A stretch of DNA of 64,000 bases from Mobula hypostoma (lineage: Eukaryota): assembly GCF_963921235.1 (NCBI RefSeq), contig NC_086106.1:22692001-22756000 (forward strand), written 5' to 3'. Made by a program: the position numbers and the translations under genes. The notes beneath the pieces were generated by a model. That model made no database searches and was not told the DNA's origin. It worked only from the letters and a program-made list of their open reading frames with translations. Below, piece after piece: positions 14,750-28,653 of the stretch (position 1 is its first letter; every line of letters begins with the position of its first letter).

Positions 14750-15720
14750 AAAGAGTTTTATTTTTTTTAAGATCCTATTACATCCGCCTCTCTCACTGTA
14801 GCTGGCAGTGCATTCTAGATCCCATCACTTTCTGTGGTGAAGAAAAAAACATATCTCTGAATTCCCCCATTGCATCTATTCTGAAGCTTCTTAAAACTAT
14901 CATCCTTGCGTTTATAATTTCAGCCCTGAAAAGAATGTACAGCTCTCCACAGGATCGATAAATCTCATTATGTGAGAAACCCTCTATGTGGTCACCTCTC
15001 ACCCTTCCTTGCTCCAAGGTGAAAAGACCACGTTCACTCAACCTATTCTCATGAGACATGTTCTTAATTCACACAGCATCCTTGTAAATCTCCACTGCAC
15101 TCTCTATATAGTATCCACATCTATCTAGTAGTGAGGTGCCCAGAACTGAAAACATCGAGCACATTATCTCTATTGCAAGGTCTGAATTTACCGCCACCGC
15201 CCCTCGCCCCCCAGCGCTTCCGAGGCTCAGATGTAACCACAAGGCTGTTGGTCTGACTGCTTCTACCTTCCTCAAATAGGTTTTCCCCTTCAGCAGTACC
15301 GGAGGTATATACCGTTTGCTGAAGGGAATAGCGAGAGGGAGACCCTGCAATATTTTTCTCCCTTTATCTTTTTCTGTGTTCAGCCATCTGCTCCCCGAAT
15401 TCCACAGTATGGCTGTAACCCCTCAATCAAAATAGATATATTTCAAATGCTCTTCATCCCGGATAATCCTCAGTTCATCTAACTCAAGCTCCAGCTCCTA
15501 AATGCCGGATTGCATGAGCTGGAGTTTGCTGCACTTTTCGCAGGTGTAGAATTCCAGCATTCTAACGGGGAAGCAAGTTACCGCTATGTTTGCCATCTTG
15601 CCTGCGCTGCACAGCGGGAAACCAAGACCAAATCTTCTTACCTGTTTCTTCGGCATAAGCCTCTTCTCGTCGAAGCTTCTTGAGTCAAAGCTTCAAGCTC
15701 TCACTCTAACTGCTGGCTTA
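14750..15720 (-). mobile_element. Short CR1 fragments (3' RT end, then a 5'/ORF1 zinc-finger region)
   Basis: ORF 14793-15059 (RLSERGLFTLEQGRVRGDHIE) is a CR1 C-terminus. The minus strand at 15440-15560 gives YTCEKCSKLQLMQ and ELELELDELRIIR, the CR1 ORF1 N-terminus. Confidence 0.6.
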
Positions 15721-16082
15721 ATTCCAAAAATGTAGTCCCCGAAAAGTCCCTGAAGCTCTTGTTTTATACAATCTTCGCCACTTGCCAATAACCTCCTGGA
15801 AGTTTTCCGCTTTCAGATACCTTATCTTTCCGGGGACACGTTGAATAGCCAGTTTCTGCTCGAACTCCGTTTCCAATTTGGCCGATGACACTAACTTAGT
15901 GGTCCGGATATCAACCGGAGATTGACGGAGAAGACCATGGAGATAGAGTTCAAATTGCACCGAATCATAAAGGTAGCAATCAAAGTATTTATATAAATCG
16001 TGCTCTTGAACATATAAACCCTGCGACTTATGCCTGTATGTATGGATCATAGATTCATGGGCAACTGATTTTAGAAAACATG

Positions 16083-16087
16083 GAGAA

Positions 16088-16144
<57 letters not shown>
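16083..16144 (+). repeat. (GA)n microsatellite
   Basis: Directly visible GA run. Confidence 0.95.
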
Positions 16145-16499
16145 TGTTAGGAGGTGTTTGAGGAGATGCTGCCTGACATCTGAAACTTTGACAAGCATAT
16201 ATGGATATATAGTGTGGAGTAAATTGACTGACCTCAACTCAGCCTGTAATCGATGCACCAATATCGTTCATATCTGCCGTTTATTGTCTTATTCCACCAG
16301 GAATACAAAGATTGTTTGAAATGAGAGAAAGTCAACATGATTTGAGAGGAACATGTATATCTCAAAAACAAAGGATAAGAACAAATTTCAAAAAAAACAA
16401 CAACAACAACAACAACTTAGTATTTCGGTCAGAATGGCGAATCTATGGAACAGTTTACTAAGAAATTAAAAAAAAACATGCACACACTTTCTTCCTTCC

Positions 16500-19400
16500 T
16501 TCTTTCCTTGCTCCCTTAACTCCTGGTGGAGCCGTCGGGGCGCCGGCATGACAAACTTTGCACCAGCCTTTTCCATTCATCTATCATGTCGCGGTTGTGT
16601 GCCACAGTCTGTGTCACCGCAAATGCTTCCCTGCCCATTCCTAAATGTTGTCCGTCCATCTTTACCTCTGTCTACATCCCCTTCTTTTCCCCTCCACAGT
16701 TCTTTGTAGAACGGTCTTTGGAAGGCCACTGGTTCTTGTTACCTGACCGTAGTATCTCAGCTTTATTTTCTTCACCGTTGTGAGAAGGACATCATAGGCG
16801 CCAATGTGGGGCCGGATGTTCTTGCGGACCTGCTTGTTTGTGATATGGTCCAAGTATGAGATGCCCATGATTTTGCGATAGCATCTCATTTCCAATGCCT
16901 GTGTCTTCCTCTGTAACTCTGCTGTGAGGGTCAATGTTGCACATGCGTACAGGGAGATGGAGAATACTAATGCACACAGGAGTCTGATCTTGTACGTCAT
17001 TGTGATGTTGTTGTCTCTCCATCTTGTCTTGAGTTTGAATAGTGCAGTCATTGCCTATGCGGTTCTTGCCAGGACATCTGGTCTTCATCTTCCATCACTA
17101 TTTATTGCCCCCCAAGTATTTGAATTGCTGCACTGTCTCAAGTTTCTGACCATGGACTGAGATGTATGTTATGAAGGCACCGTTGGCATTTGGCATGTGC
17201 TTTGATTTATCGGCACTTATTTCCATGCGAAACCTTATGCAGGCTCTTTCAAGGTGGCTGATCAGGTTGGCCAGTTCGTCCACTTTTCCTGCAAGTCCAC
17301 CAATGTCGTCAGCAAATCTTAGGTTTGTGATAGTCCTCACCCCGATCTTGCCTGTGTCCACATGATCTTCAAGGGCAACACTCATGATTCGTTCCAGGAA
17401 GACGTTGAAGAGAGTGGGAGAGTGGAAGCAGCCCTGACGGACTCCTACAGAGATACGGATGCATTCCCCGATGGTGTCCTGCGCGAGTACTGCACGGGTT
17501 GCCTTGGCGTAATGCTGATGGATTGTATGAATCAACTTCTGCTCCATGTTGGATTTCTTCATGGTGGCCCATAAGGTATCATGACAGACTCCGTCAAACG
17601 CTTTCATGAAATTTATGGAAACGTAGGAAATCAATCTCTCATTTTGAAAGTGTTTCTCACAAATGGTGTGGAGGTTGAAAATCTGCTCAGTGGTGCTTCT
17701 GCCCTTAGGGAAGACTGACTGTTCCTCGGCAATGATGTCTTCTGTTTGAGGGCCTCAGTCTGTTCAACATGATTCTGAGCATTACCTTGCTTACATGGCT
17801 GATCAAACTTATGGTACGGTAACTTCGGCAAAGTTGGAAATTGCCTTTGTTGGGAAGCACATTGATCAGCGACTGAGTCCAAGTTGTCGGTCGTTCAACT
17901 GTCTGACAGATCGTATTGCAGAGGTGGTAAGCATCTGTATCGTGGTCTCTTCTCAATGCATCAGCAGTTCAGCCGGGATGCTGTTAACTCCTGCTGACTT
18001 CCTGCACTTCAGTGATCTTATTGCGGATTCAATTGCTTTACGCATGTTTAGTTAGCCATCCTCATTTGAAGATTCCTGCACATTCAGTCCGCTTGGATCC
18101 CTTTTGTTCTGGTAGTTGTACAGTTCTGAACAGTACTCTGTCCACCTTTCCATTATTTTCTGTCCTTCTGTGAGATTTTAGCAATTTTGTCTTGGATGGT
18201 GTTCACTTTGGCTTGTTTTTTTTTCTTTGGGAAGTTGGAAGGTCTTCTTTGTGTTGCTGTTGGAGATGCTGTCTTCAATATCCGCACATTGCTGGGCTAT
18301 TCATCTTCGCTTTGCTTTCTTCATTTCCCTCCTGATTTCCTTGTTTATTTTCCTTTAATCTGTTCTTCCTTCAGTTATGTGTTTATCTTTCTTTGATGTC
18401 CTTCTTGTGTCCAGGATCTTGTTAATGACCCATGGCTTAGACATCTATCATCACTGTGTTAAAGTTATTTGTGGTGGTCTCCAGGTCTTCATCAAAGAGG
18501 AGTATTGGTGCAAACATTCATCCAATTGACCCCTGAAATTATTCAGAGCTCGCCGTGTCTTTCAATTTTTTCTAGGTCTAATCTCTGCTGGTTGTTTTTT
18601 TGGCTTGCTCATTCTCCTCAGGCGCACTCTGATGTTCACCATGAAAAAGGTCATGGTCACTGCCTACGCGTTCTACTGGGAATATTCTGGTCTTCGGTCT
18701 GTTTACACCAGACTTGTGTCGTCTTTGCACCAAGATGTAGTTCATCTGGTGATGTTGACCAGTAGGGCCATGCCAGGTCCATGTTCGGGACCATGTGCGC
18801 TCTCCAAGTGTGTTCGACAGCACCATGCTGTTATAACTAGCAAATGCCAGTAGGCGTTGTCCTCTCTTATTGGAGGTGTCATTGCATTAGAGGCAGCTGA
18901 GAACCCCCACTCATCTTATGCGTCTCTGCCCGCCTTGGTATTCCAGTCACCCTGAATGATCAACATTATGTCTTTGTCCACATTATCGATGACATCTTGT
19001 GGATTGTGATATAATTCATCAATGTGTTCATCGTCGTAATCTGTTGTTGGGGCGTAGGCTTCTGCCACTGTGATGTTGAATGGCTTCACCCCCATGCGGT
19101 TGGCCATGAGTCTGCTTGCCACGGGTTGACATCCTATGACTGCGTTCTTGATGGATTTGTTGACTAGGAACACTACGCCACTCCCATTTCTGTTTTCTTC
19201 TCCGCTATTATAAAGTACATGTCCTTCCGCAGTCTGCACTTGTCCAGCGTTCTTCCATCTGGCTTCACAGAGCCGGAGAAGGTGCCAGTTGCACCTCTCC
19301 TTTCATGCGTAAGTTCCTTGAGTTTGCCTGTTTGGTTCAGCGTTGTTACATTCCATGTGGCGATTGTGATGTTCTCTCTGCCACTGATCTTCTGTTCCGA

Positions 19401-19800
19401 ATCAGGAGTAGCACTTTTATCGCGTCCGCCTTGGTGCGAGACGGATAGCGCGGTCATTGGTAACCTGCGCTGCGACCGATCCGGTATGAAGTTGCTTTTT
19501 GATGTACTCATCATGCGGCGTGTCTTGGGCATCTGAAACCTGGCGGCCCACAACCGAATTCCTCCAACTAGGTATCTCGCCTTGGTCGTGAACACCTGGC
19601 CATTATAATTCATCTAAGAACCTTGTCGCCCTGGCTGGTAATTTTATCCTGGAAGTCATTCGCCCAGTGGTGCCGTGTTAACACTACCCCCTCACGTGGT
19701 TTAGCCCACCACCTTAATCGGTTTACCGAGGGCATGGCGCTTGGAACCAACGTGTATGAGATTAGGAGATGGATGAGGACCACAGATGCCCGCCCCCCCG
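16500..19800 (-). mobile_element. RTE-clade LINE, near full length, inactivated
   Basis: APE motifs ITIATWNVTTL, NGSGVVFLVNK and VAEAYAPTTDYDDEHIDELY. RT motifs FMKAFDGVCH, GVRQGCFHSPTLFNVFLERIM and ITNLRFADDI. C-terminal ALEMRCYRKIMGISYLDHITN. Stops and frameshifts throughout. Confidence 0.9.
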
Positions 19801-20259
19801 TCTAGTAAGTAGCCGCATGAAAAACATCAAAGGTTCTTCTTCTATCCAGAGCCACATATACCACCACACCACAGTTAACAAGTTAAAATAAATATTATTA
19901 AAAATGCTTTAATGAACAAATATAAAACATATGATTTAAAATGAATGGGAGCAATGTAAATAAATAATACGGAATCGGATTTATTAGGAGAGAACTATGT
20001 TGAAAAAATGCGCTAGGTTTTCTAAAATTGACTCAGTCCACCTTAGGCCACGAACTTACCAATCACCACTGATAACTAAGAGGGGTAGGCGAAATAAGGT
20101 GCAGCTGCAGCATAAACCCGTCCGGTCTGTTTTCAATCTTTATTATTATTATTTATTTTTGTTTTATGAAAGTATCGTTATGAAATAATCGTTGAAAATT
20201 AGGCTTTTTGGTTTGTATGTACTTACCAAAATAAACTGTTATTCATTCATTCATTCAAA

Positions 20260-21683
20260 CTGTAAAGGGTACCGATGACGTTGACGAAAATCATTCCAGG
20301 TTTGAAAGGCTTGCCATGTAAGGAGCGTTTAATGATTGTGTGTGCATAGTCAAGGGAGTCCAAAGGACGAGGGATGATCACGTTAAAATCTACCCAATGG
20401 TGAAAGCCTACATAGAGTGGGTATAGATGTGATGCTTCCATTGATGGGACAATCTAAGACCAGAAGACGCCAACTCAGAATAAACGGCGTCCTTTTCGAA
20501 ATAAGATGAAGAGGAACTTCTTTCGGCAGAGAGCGATGACTCTCTGCAAATCTTAGCCATACATGGGTGTCGCGGGCAAGACGTTATGCATATTTAAGGC
20601 AAGCATTTATGTATAATAGATAAGTCAGGATTTGAGGGAAAATGGGCAGAAGACAGACGACTGGGGCTGAGAAGAAAATTGAATCTGCCATTAGGAAATG
20701 GGGCACCGGACTCGATGGGTCAAATATCCTAATTCTAATTCTATATATCAATAGCAGAACAGTGAAGATGTTCTAACAGTAAACTATATTCTACATATAA
20801 AGCACACAATATCAACCCGATGCACCAGAAATAAAGAGATCAGGTACTTAATAGGGCAAGGCCTCAAGGTAAGTGAGGACTTGACGCAATTAGTTGAGGC
20901 TAGTTGTTGCTATGCTGGAGCAACTGGCTGTGGTTAAGAGCTGGTGTTAAATACGCAGTAGGTATTATGTTGGATGCTATTGCCAGTTCACTCCTCTTCG
21001 CTATTCCGAAATCGAAAGCTCCCTGTGTTGCTGCACGGACACGAAATGCATTTCGATTTTAGTTTCGGTCAGCGGGGTATGATGCATTTCAGTGAGATAT
21101 ACCAGGTGGTAGGTTGAACTCATAGAACAGTGACATTTGTGGAGAAGTGCGTGTTTTCTTCGATGTCGCGATAGATGTGAATAGAGTGAAAAGTAGCTAT
21201 ACGTCTTGCTTGCCATTGGTGAATTCGATACTGAGATCTGGATATGGTACTACTGTTAAAACTGCGGGACGGAACCAACAGTAATTCCGGCAGTTCCTGT
21301 CACCGTAGATGAGAGGGAGGCAAGTGCGTGCGGAGGAAACAGGAGAGACTTGCAAAGATGTTCAAAGTCTGCCTTATCAGAATAGACTGGATGGGATCAG
21401 TTGAAAATTGTAGGTGGGTGGACATTTGGAAATTCAAACAAACACAAGCGCAAATAGTTTTAATTTTTCAGTGTGAGCTTTGTTTCAATACATGAGGAGT
21501 ATGCGGTGTGCATGGATTATGAAAAACTTTGAGAGCGTTCACAAATGTATCCTCATTCTCAAAGAAATGCATCGAGTGAAAGTTGGCTATGTGGTTTCAG
21601 AAATGGCTTCCCTACAGGAGTCTGGGCCTGATAATAAAATGAAATTATTGGACAAATACCGAAATGAGAAAGAAACTCTAATA
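20260..21683 (+). repeat. Duplicated segment A (direct paralog of 38800-40263)
   Basis: Collinear similarity by eye. Shared strings include aaatcattccaggtttgaaaggcttg, caaggtaagtgaggacttg, ctattccgaaatcgaaag and cacaaatgtatcctcat. Confidence 0.85.
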
Positions 21684-22986
21684 CGTGGGCGTCCTTTTAG
21701 AACCGATATGAGGATGGATTTCTGTGCCCCGAGAGTGGGGAACCTGTGAAATTCTTTGCAACAGATAGCTGCTTAGGCCAAAACTGCACCTATATTTAGG
21801 ACGGAGATTAATGGTTCTTTGATTGGTTCGGGTAAAGGGGATACGGGGAGAAGAACGGTGTATGGGAATAAGAAGAGAAATCGATCAGTCATCATGAAAT
21901 AGCGCCCCAAGCTCAGTGGACCAAAATGGTGTACATGTCCTCCTTTGTTGTTTCATCTCTTCGTCGTATTCACCATATGCAGTGTTTCGGATACTGTGTG
22001 CGCAACATCGGCGAGACTCGACGTAGTTTGTGGGGTCACGTTATCGTACAAATTCGCTCTGTCTGCAACAGGGAGAAGTTCCATGTATCCCAACCATTTT
22101 AAGTTAATTAGCAAATCCCTTCCAACATGGCGTTCATGCCATCTTATTCTGATATCCTGAGTCAACATCCCACAGTCGGTTTGGGTAGCGTCTAACATGA
22201 TGGCATGAACACGGATTTCTCCAATGTTCCGTAATTTGTTCCAGGTTCCGTTTACTCCAAATCTATTTCCCAATTGAGGCTCCCATTTACAGCCCTTTTC
22301 CTCTCTTCACTTGCTTATCACGCTAATCTATGTGGGTGAACATAGATGTACACTCTATATTAAAAGCCCACAACGCTGACTTCACGACAGTAACATCAGC
22401 TGGCATCAGAAGGAATCTAACAGATATCACTCTCTCAGTTATGAGACCTGGCAAGAACACATCTCATGTCATGTGGTCAGGGTGTGTGCACACCAGCTCA
22501 GTGATATCTTTACGAAATTCTTCAAAACATCACTTATTCAGATTTCCGATCATCTGCCATCATCCAAGTAACAAATCGCTAAAAAAAAACTTTGAAATTA
22601 AACGACGAAACAGCTTCAGCCAGATAGCATTGACTCCAGACGCCATGAATTGCATTGCCCACACTGGACACTAAACATCTGGATCATCTAGAAACCTGGT
22701 GTGAAAAAATGGCAGGTGCGATGTGTTCCACTTCAACAACCAGGTTCATCTTACACTGTGAACTGTCGGAAACAGAGGAATGTGGTTGGAAAAAAATACA
22801 GGAATCTGAGCTCATAAGTTTCGAGTTCTTGAAATTTGTATCACAGGTAGATTGGGACTTAAAGGAAGGTTTTGGCACATTAGCTTTGAAGAAACATATT
22901 TTATGGTACAGGAGGCGAGTGGTACGTTAACGTTGTATAAGTGGTTGGTGAGGACTAATTTGGTGAATTTTCTGCAGTTCTGGTCC

Positions 22987-25900
22987 GCAGAAAATTAGAA
23001 ATGGCGGCGGCGCGTATGCATGTGGAGGTTCAGTGTTCTACCAGATTTCGAAAAATAGTGTTTATTATCTGCTTGTTTCCTGCGTGTTCTCTCGATTCGG
23101 CTATGCGAACTACACTTACAACAACCAGTCACGATTGGACATTAACTATCGATGCACTAACACAGTTTTGGACTATCCATTCAACTTCGACCAGCTACCT
23201 CCGACGTTAGTAAGGACACGGCGGACCTGCATTCAACTTGCTCCGACGGAAAGGGCCCGGCGCCGGCTTCGAGACCGTAAACAAAGTTGCGGGAAGCGTG
23301 GAGGTTTGCGTGCTAGCCTGAGGCTAAATCCACACCGGGCAGCGCTACCTATCATCTTCCTCGCTAATGCTCGGTCTCTGACAAAGAAGCCGGACGATCT
23401 ACGGGCTTTGACCCTCACACAAAGAAGGCTGATGGATTGCAACATCCTGTTTTTTTTTTTCTTTATTTATTTCTTTTTTTTTCGGAGACATGGCTAAATA
23501 ATAATGTCCCAAACTACGTGGTGGAACTGGAAGGGCACGCGGTCTTCAGATCAGACAGAGCTGCAACAGCGACGAGTAAAAGTAAGGTGCTGGCTTATGC
23601 AGCTACGTGAATCGATCATGGTGTACTAACTCTACCATTGCTGATACTTACTGCTTTGCTGATCTGGAATACATGATTATTAAGTGCAGACCTTTTTACA
23701 ACCTCGAGAGTTTACATGCATCATTTCGGTCGGAGTTTATGTTGCACCGGATGCTAGTGCTAAAGTCGCCATGAAAGATCGCAGTACTGCTATTAACAAG
23801 CTGCAGACATTGCATCCGAACTGAGTTTTATTGTCGCTGGGGACTTTAATCGTTCTAACCTAAGTGCAGTGCGTACAAGATTTTACCAAAATGTATTATG
23901 TGCTACCGGCGTAATGAAACCTTAGATCCTGTCTACACAAATGTGGCCAACGCTTATAAACCCAAGACCCTCACCCAGCTGGGACAGTCCGATTATCTTT
24001 CATTGTTTCTGCTTCACAAGTATAGTCCAGTCATTAAACGGGTGAAACCTAAAATTATGTCCATTAAGATCTCTCTGGAGGGTCCTGACTCTGCTCTTCA
24101 GCAGCAATTCCAGCACACAGTCTGGAGCGCGGTTGCTGCTCATGCCACCACAGACTCTTAGGTTATCATGGTAACATGGATTTATCTACCAGCTCAGTCC
24201 TGAAGCACATCAACAAGTGTGTAGATAGAGTGACATCAAAAAACAAATATAAGTTTTCCCCAATCAGATTTCGTGGATGAACAGAGAAGTTCGCCTCTTG
24301 CTCAAAGCCAGAGATTCAGCCTTGATGTCTGGAGACTGTGAGGCTTACAGCTCAGCCAGGGCCAACCTAGGAGGAGAATCTCTCGGACTAAACCATGCTC
24401 AGTTAACAAAACCATGCTCTTTGCTTCTGATTAATATAAGGATTTTAAACAACGCTCAGGCTAAACACATACGCAAACAAAGAATCGAGGAGCATTTTAA
24501 CTCCTCGGACCCCCGGCTCATGTGGCATGGCACACAGGTCATTACAGACTTCAAACCATCAAGTACTGTTACTGCTCGTTCAATTACTTCTGCGCTCGCT
24601 TTGACCGAGAGAACAAGGAGATCACCCTCAAAGCGGATCTCCCACCCGGTGAACTGCCTCTCTCACTTTCCACCTCCGATGCTTGCGCCACCCTGAGCAG
24701 GATGAATGTACGGACGATAGCTGGTCCGGATGGAATATCTGGCCTTGTGCTCAGAGTCTGTGCAGAGCAGTTGGCCGGGGTCTTCACGGACATTTGAAAC
24801 CTGTCCCTGAGAAAGGCAGTTATCCCCACAAGCTTCAAGATCGCCAACATCGTGCCAGTGCCGGAGCATTCCACTGCCACGGGACTGAATGACTTCCGTC
24901 CAGTTGCACGCACCTCTATCATTGCAAACTACTATGAGAGACTGGTCCTATCACATTTGAAATCCTGTCTGTCCTCTACCCTGGACCACCATAAATTTGT
25001 CTATCGTACCACAGGTCAACAGAGGATGCCATCTCCATGGCACTTCGCTGTGTCCTGACCGAACTGGGAAGCCCAAATTCTTATATCCGAATCCTGTTCA
25101 TTGACTTTAGTTCGGCACTCAGTATTGTGATTCCCTCCAAGTTGATCACCAAACTTCGCCAGCTTGGTATCAGCTCATCCCTCTGCAATTGGATCTTGTA
25201 TTTTCTGACTAACGGATCCCAATCAGTTAAGTTAGAAAATCTCTCCTCATCCACTCTCACGCTGAACACTGGCCTGCCTCAAGGCTGTGTGCTGATCCCT
25301 CTTCTGTACTCCCTTTTCACCTCTGACTGCGTTCCTGTACATGGTTCTAACTCCATAATCAAGTTCGCAGACGACAACATGGTGTTTGACCTGATCAGAG
25401 GGGATGACGAGACGGCGTACATGGACAAGGTCCAGCAACTGGCCGCGTGGTGTGCCGACAACAGTCTGGGCCTTAACACCCAGAATTCCAAGGAGATCAT
25501 TGTGGACTTCAGACATTCTAGGAGTCACACTCGCGACGCCATCTACATCAACGGAACTGTAGTGGACGGTGTACCAAGCTTCAAATTCCTTGGTGTCCAC
25601 ATTTCCGAAGATGTCACCTTGTCCCTGAGGTCCTCCATCCTGATCAAAAAGGCGCAACAGCGCTTTTATTTCCTGCGGAGCATCAAGAAAGCTCACTTCT
25701 GTCCCAGGATACTGATAGACTTTTACCGCTATACCATTAAGAGCACAGTCACCAACTGCAAAACAGTGTTGTATGACCATTATCCCGTATCAGACAACAA
25801 AACACTCTAGCATGTGGTCAAAACTGCCCAGCGGATTATCGGTATCCAATTGCCCACGATTGAAAACATCTACCATAAACGTTGGCTGGTCAGGCCGAAA

Positions 25901-26243
25901 AGCGTTATCAAGGGATCATCTCACCCTAAGCATGGAGTTTTTACTCTCCTCCCATCCGGTAGGCAATACAGGAGCTTCCGCTCCCTCACCAACAGGCATA
26001 GGAAGAGGTTCTTTCCTGAGGCTGTGACACTGCTGATGGGCTCATCACAGCGCTAAGTAGTATTGTATCCATATTGTACTGTCTGATTACTTTTATATTT
26101 GTGTGCTGCAGCAATTTTTAGTTCACAGTTATTTTGTAAATCGCACTATTCTTTGCAGTTCTGGTCAGATTCTAACTGCATTACATTGGCTTTGGATCTG
26201 TACTCGGCACAATGACAATGAAGTTGAATCTAATCTAATCTAT
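22987..26243 (+). mobile_element. Rex1/Babar-type LINE, near full length, inserted only in the left duplicate
   Basis: APE start (GGLRASLRLNPHRAALPIIFLANARSL, 23033-23497). RT in ORF 25037-25810 (FIDFSSALS, TGLPQGCVL, SIIKFADD). (AATCT)n tail at about 26226-26243. The paralog reads through the empty site at about 57050. Confidence 0.9.
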
Positions 26244-27189
26244 CAGCTGAAATGGTGTAACTAAGTTTGCAATGGTGCAAAAAACATTTGTAAGAAAGTC
26301 TCCCGGTCTGCCAGACCTGAGTTATGAGGGAAGGTTGAATAAGTTCGGACGTTATTACTCAGAACTTAGATATTTGAGAGGAAATTTGACAGAGGTATAC
26401 AAATTTATGACGATAATGTCGTGCAAACACTAGCTAAGAACACCAGTGACTTCAGGTTTCGTTTTAAGAGTTTATCATGGAGAGTCTGCAGCAGTCTCCA
26501 CCACCACCAGAGCTCTGATTTTTAGGATGTACAGAGCGCATAATCATACAGCAAGATAAACAAATTCACATAGCTTTTTTTTAGCATCCACGCTCAGTAC
26601 ATGATCAATCGTTTAACAGACACTTGAATTATCTCTCAGCGTGAGTCTAACCGTTCTTCCTGATTCCTGCTATCGGGACTCATAATTTACCCGCAGAAGC
26701 ATCCTCCCTCATGGTTACAGAGGCCTTTTTTTTTTTTTTTGAGTTTCTGGTACTGCGGCTATAATCTAAGGTTATTTTCAACATGCATTAACAGCCGTAA
26801 GCCCAGCTTCTCCAGGATTGTCAAGTATACCCATTTGGCTTATATTCACTTAGTTTGGGTGGGAATATAACCAGAATTCATGTGGTAAGGGTGAAACGTC
26901 AAACGTTTCAAGGAAAATTATGAGAAAAGCTCTTCAGTAAGAAGTTGTGAGATTATGTGATGAACCGCCAGCATACATGGTGCAAGTAAACTGGATTTCA
27001 AAGCTAATTAACCTATAGTTAATGACATGGCTTCTGGCGTATGGAGGGCTGTGGTCCGGGTGCAGGAATTTGTTTATGACTGTATGAAATTATACGGTTT
27101 AAAAATCCAAGACCCTGTGACATATGCCATTATACCTAACATGCACCTGGCCACATCACGTTTTTAAAAGAGGGACATCTGTGTCAGAA

Positions 27190-27775
27190 CTTCGTTTCTA
27201 GATTTCAGTTCAGTATTCAACACTATTGTCTCACAGACTTTTCCAGCAGACCCCTACTGCTCGTTCTAAGTTTACTACTGCAAAATTGTACAACACGACG
27301 CTAGATTTTCTAATCAACAAACCACAGATGTTCTGGATGCACAACGTTTCGCCATCTCCAGCATCTTTACTCGTTTTCCACGGGAATTATTTGCTGACTC
27401 CACTGTTGTACGCTTGGTTCACAAACGACAACACGGTCAATGTCCTGCACAAAAAAAAAATATTGTCAAATCTGTCGAAGGCACGGAACTGGTGAGACTC
27501 AACACCAATCATCATGAGACGGCCTATAGAGATGAGGTCCGGGAGTCTGCAACTCGGATCCATGTCTCATCAAATGTCTTCATAAAAGTTAACAAAACAA
27601 AGGAGATGGAGATTGACTTTTGGGCAACACGGGATATTCGCACCCCTCACACCATTCTGTGCATTACCACTGCAGCAGTGGAAAATGTCAGCAGTTTAAG
27701 TGGCCGGGGCGCACATCTCTCACAACGTTCATTGTCCCAGAGGAAACATTAAACAACCTGGACATGGTAACAACG

Positions 27776-27850
<75 letters not shown>

Positions 27851-28060
27851 TCCCCCTGAGGGACGGCAGAGAGCTGGATTATGCATATCTATACTCACAT
27901 CTATCTACTGATGCTTATGCGGATAATAATATAACCTGCCGCAACACTGTCTGGCACAGAAACAACTCCGCAGCAGGCAAGGCGGCTCTATGGCGGTTCA
28001 TCAAAACTTTCCAATCACAACCAGCTCTAGCCTACACGCCAACAAGGACATAGATAAATA
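27190..28060 (+). mobile_element. Old Rex1/Babar RT fragment containing a (TA)n(CA)n microsatellite (27776-27851)
   Basis: FLDFSSVFNT-like sequence at about 27195 and KVNKTKEMEIDF. The start of this fragment is shared with the paralog at about 56030-56090. Confidence 0.6.
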
Positions 28061-28614
28061 ATAATGCCAGAAAATCACCAGTGATATCATAAAGGAAACC
28101 ACTCACACAGCTTGTGAACGATTTGAGACACACCCAGCAGGATGGAGGCCACCTAGCTTCCAGGTCGGTATCGCCAGCGTCCAAAATACTTACCTTCGCC
28201 AAGATAAATGAGGCTGGAGAACCGAGCTGGAGCTCAGTTAGGATATATATATATATACACACACACATACCCACACATATACATACGTACATATATATAT
28301 CAGATTTGTCTCTATGATCATACATTCCCAACAACACTCACACTCACACTGCCGAGTGATTGCGGTTTTAATTTTAGCGTTAATAGTTGACATGTTAACG
28401 TATATTTCACAAATTAAATGTGATAGCAGAGGCTCTAGATCTCACTGCGACATTGGAAAGAGCGGTGCGGTTACAGCATTGCTGAGTCTTCACAGACAAA
28501 GGCAAGGGAAACTTCAACAGGTACTCTTAGTGGCGGGAAACCACGTTCAGAAAAGGAATGCACAAATATATCTAGCGGCAAAGATCAAAGCATGGATTCT
28601 ACAGTAAGTGATTT

Positions 28615-28653
28615 TTTTTTTGTACGAGCATTTAACTAGAATGCATCACTGTG
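28615..28653 (-). other. Recombination signal sequence, 23-bp spacer
   Basis: On the minus strand: CACAGTG (28653-28647), a 23-nt spacer atgcattctagttaaatgctcgt, then ACAAAAAAA (28623-28615). Confidence 0.95.
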
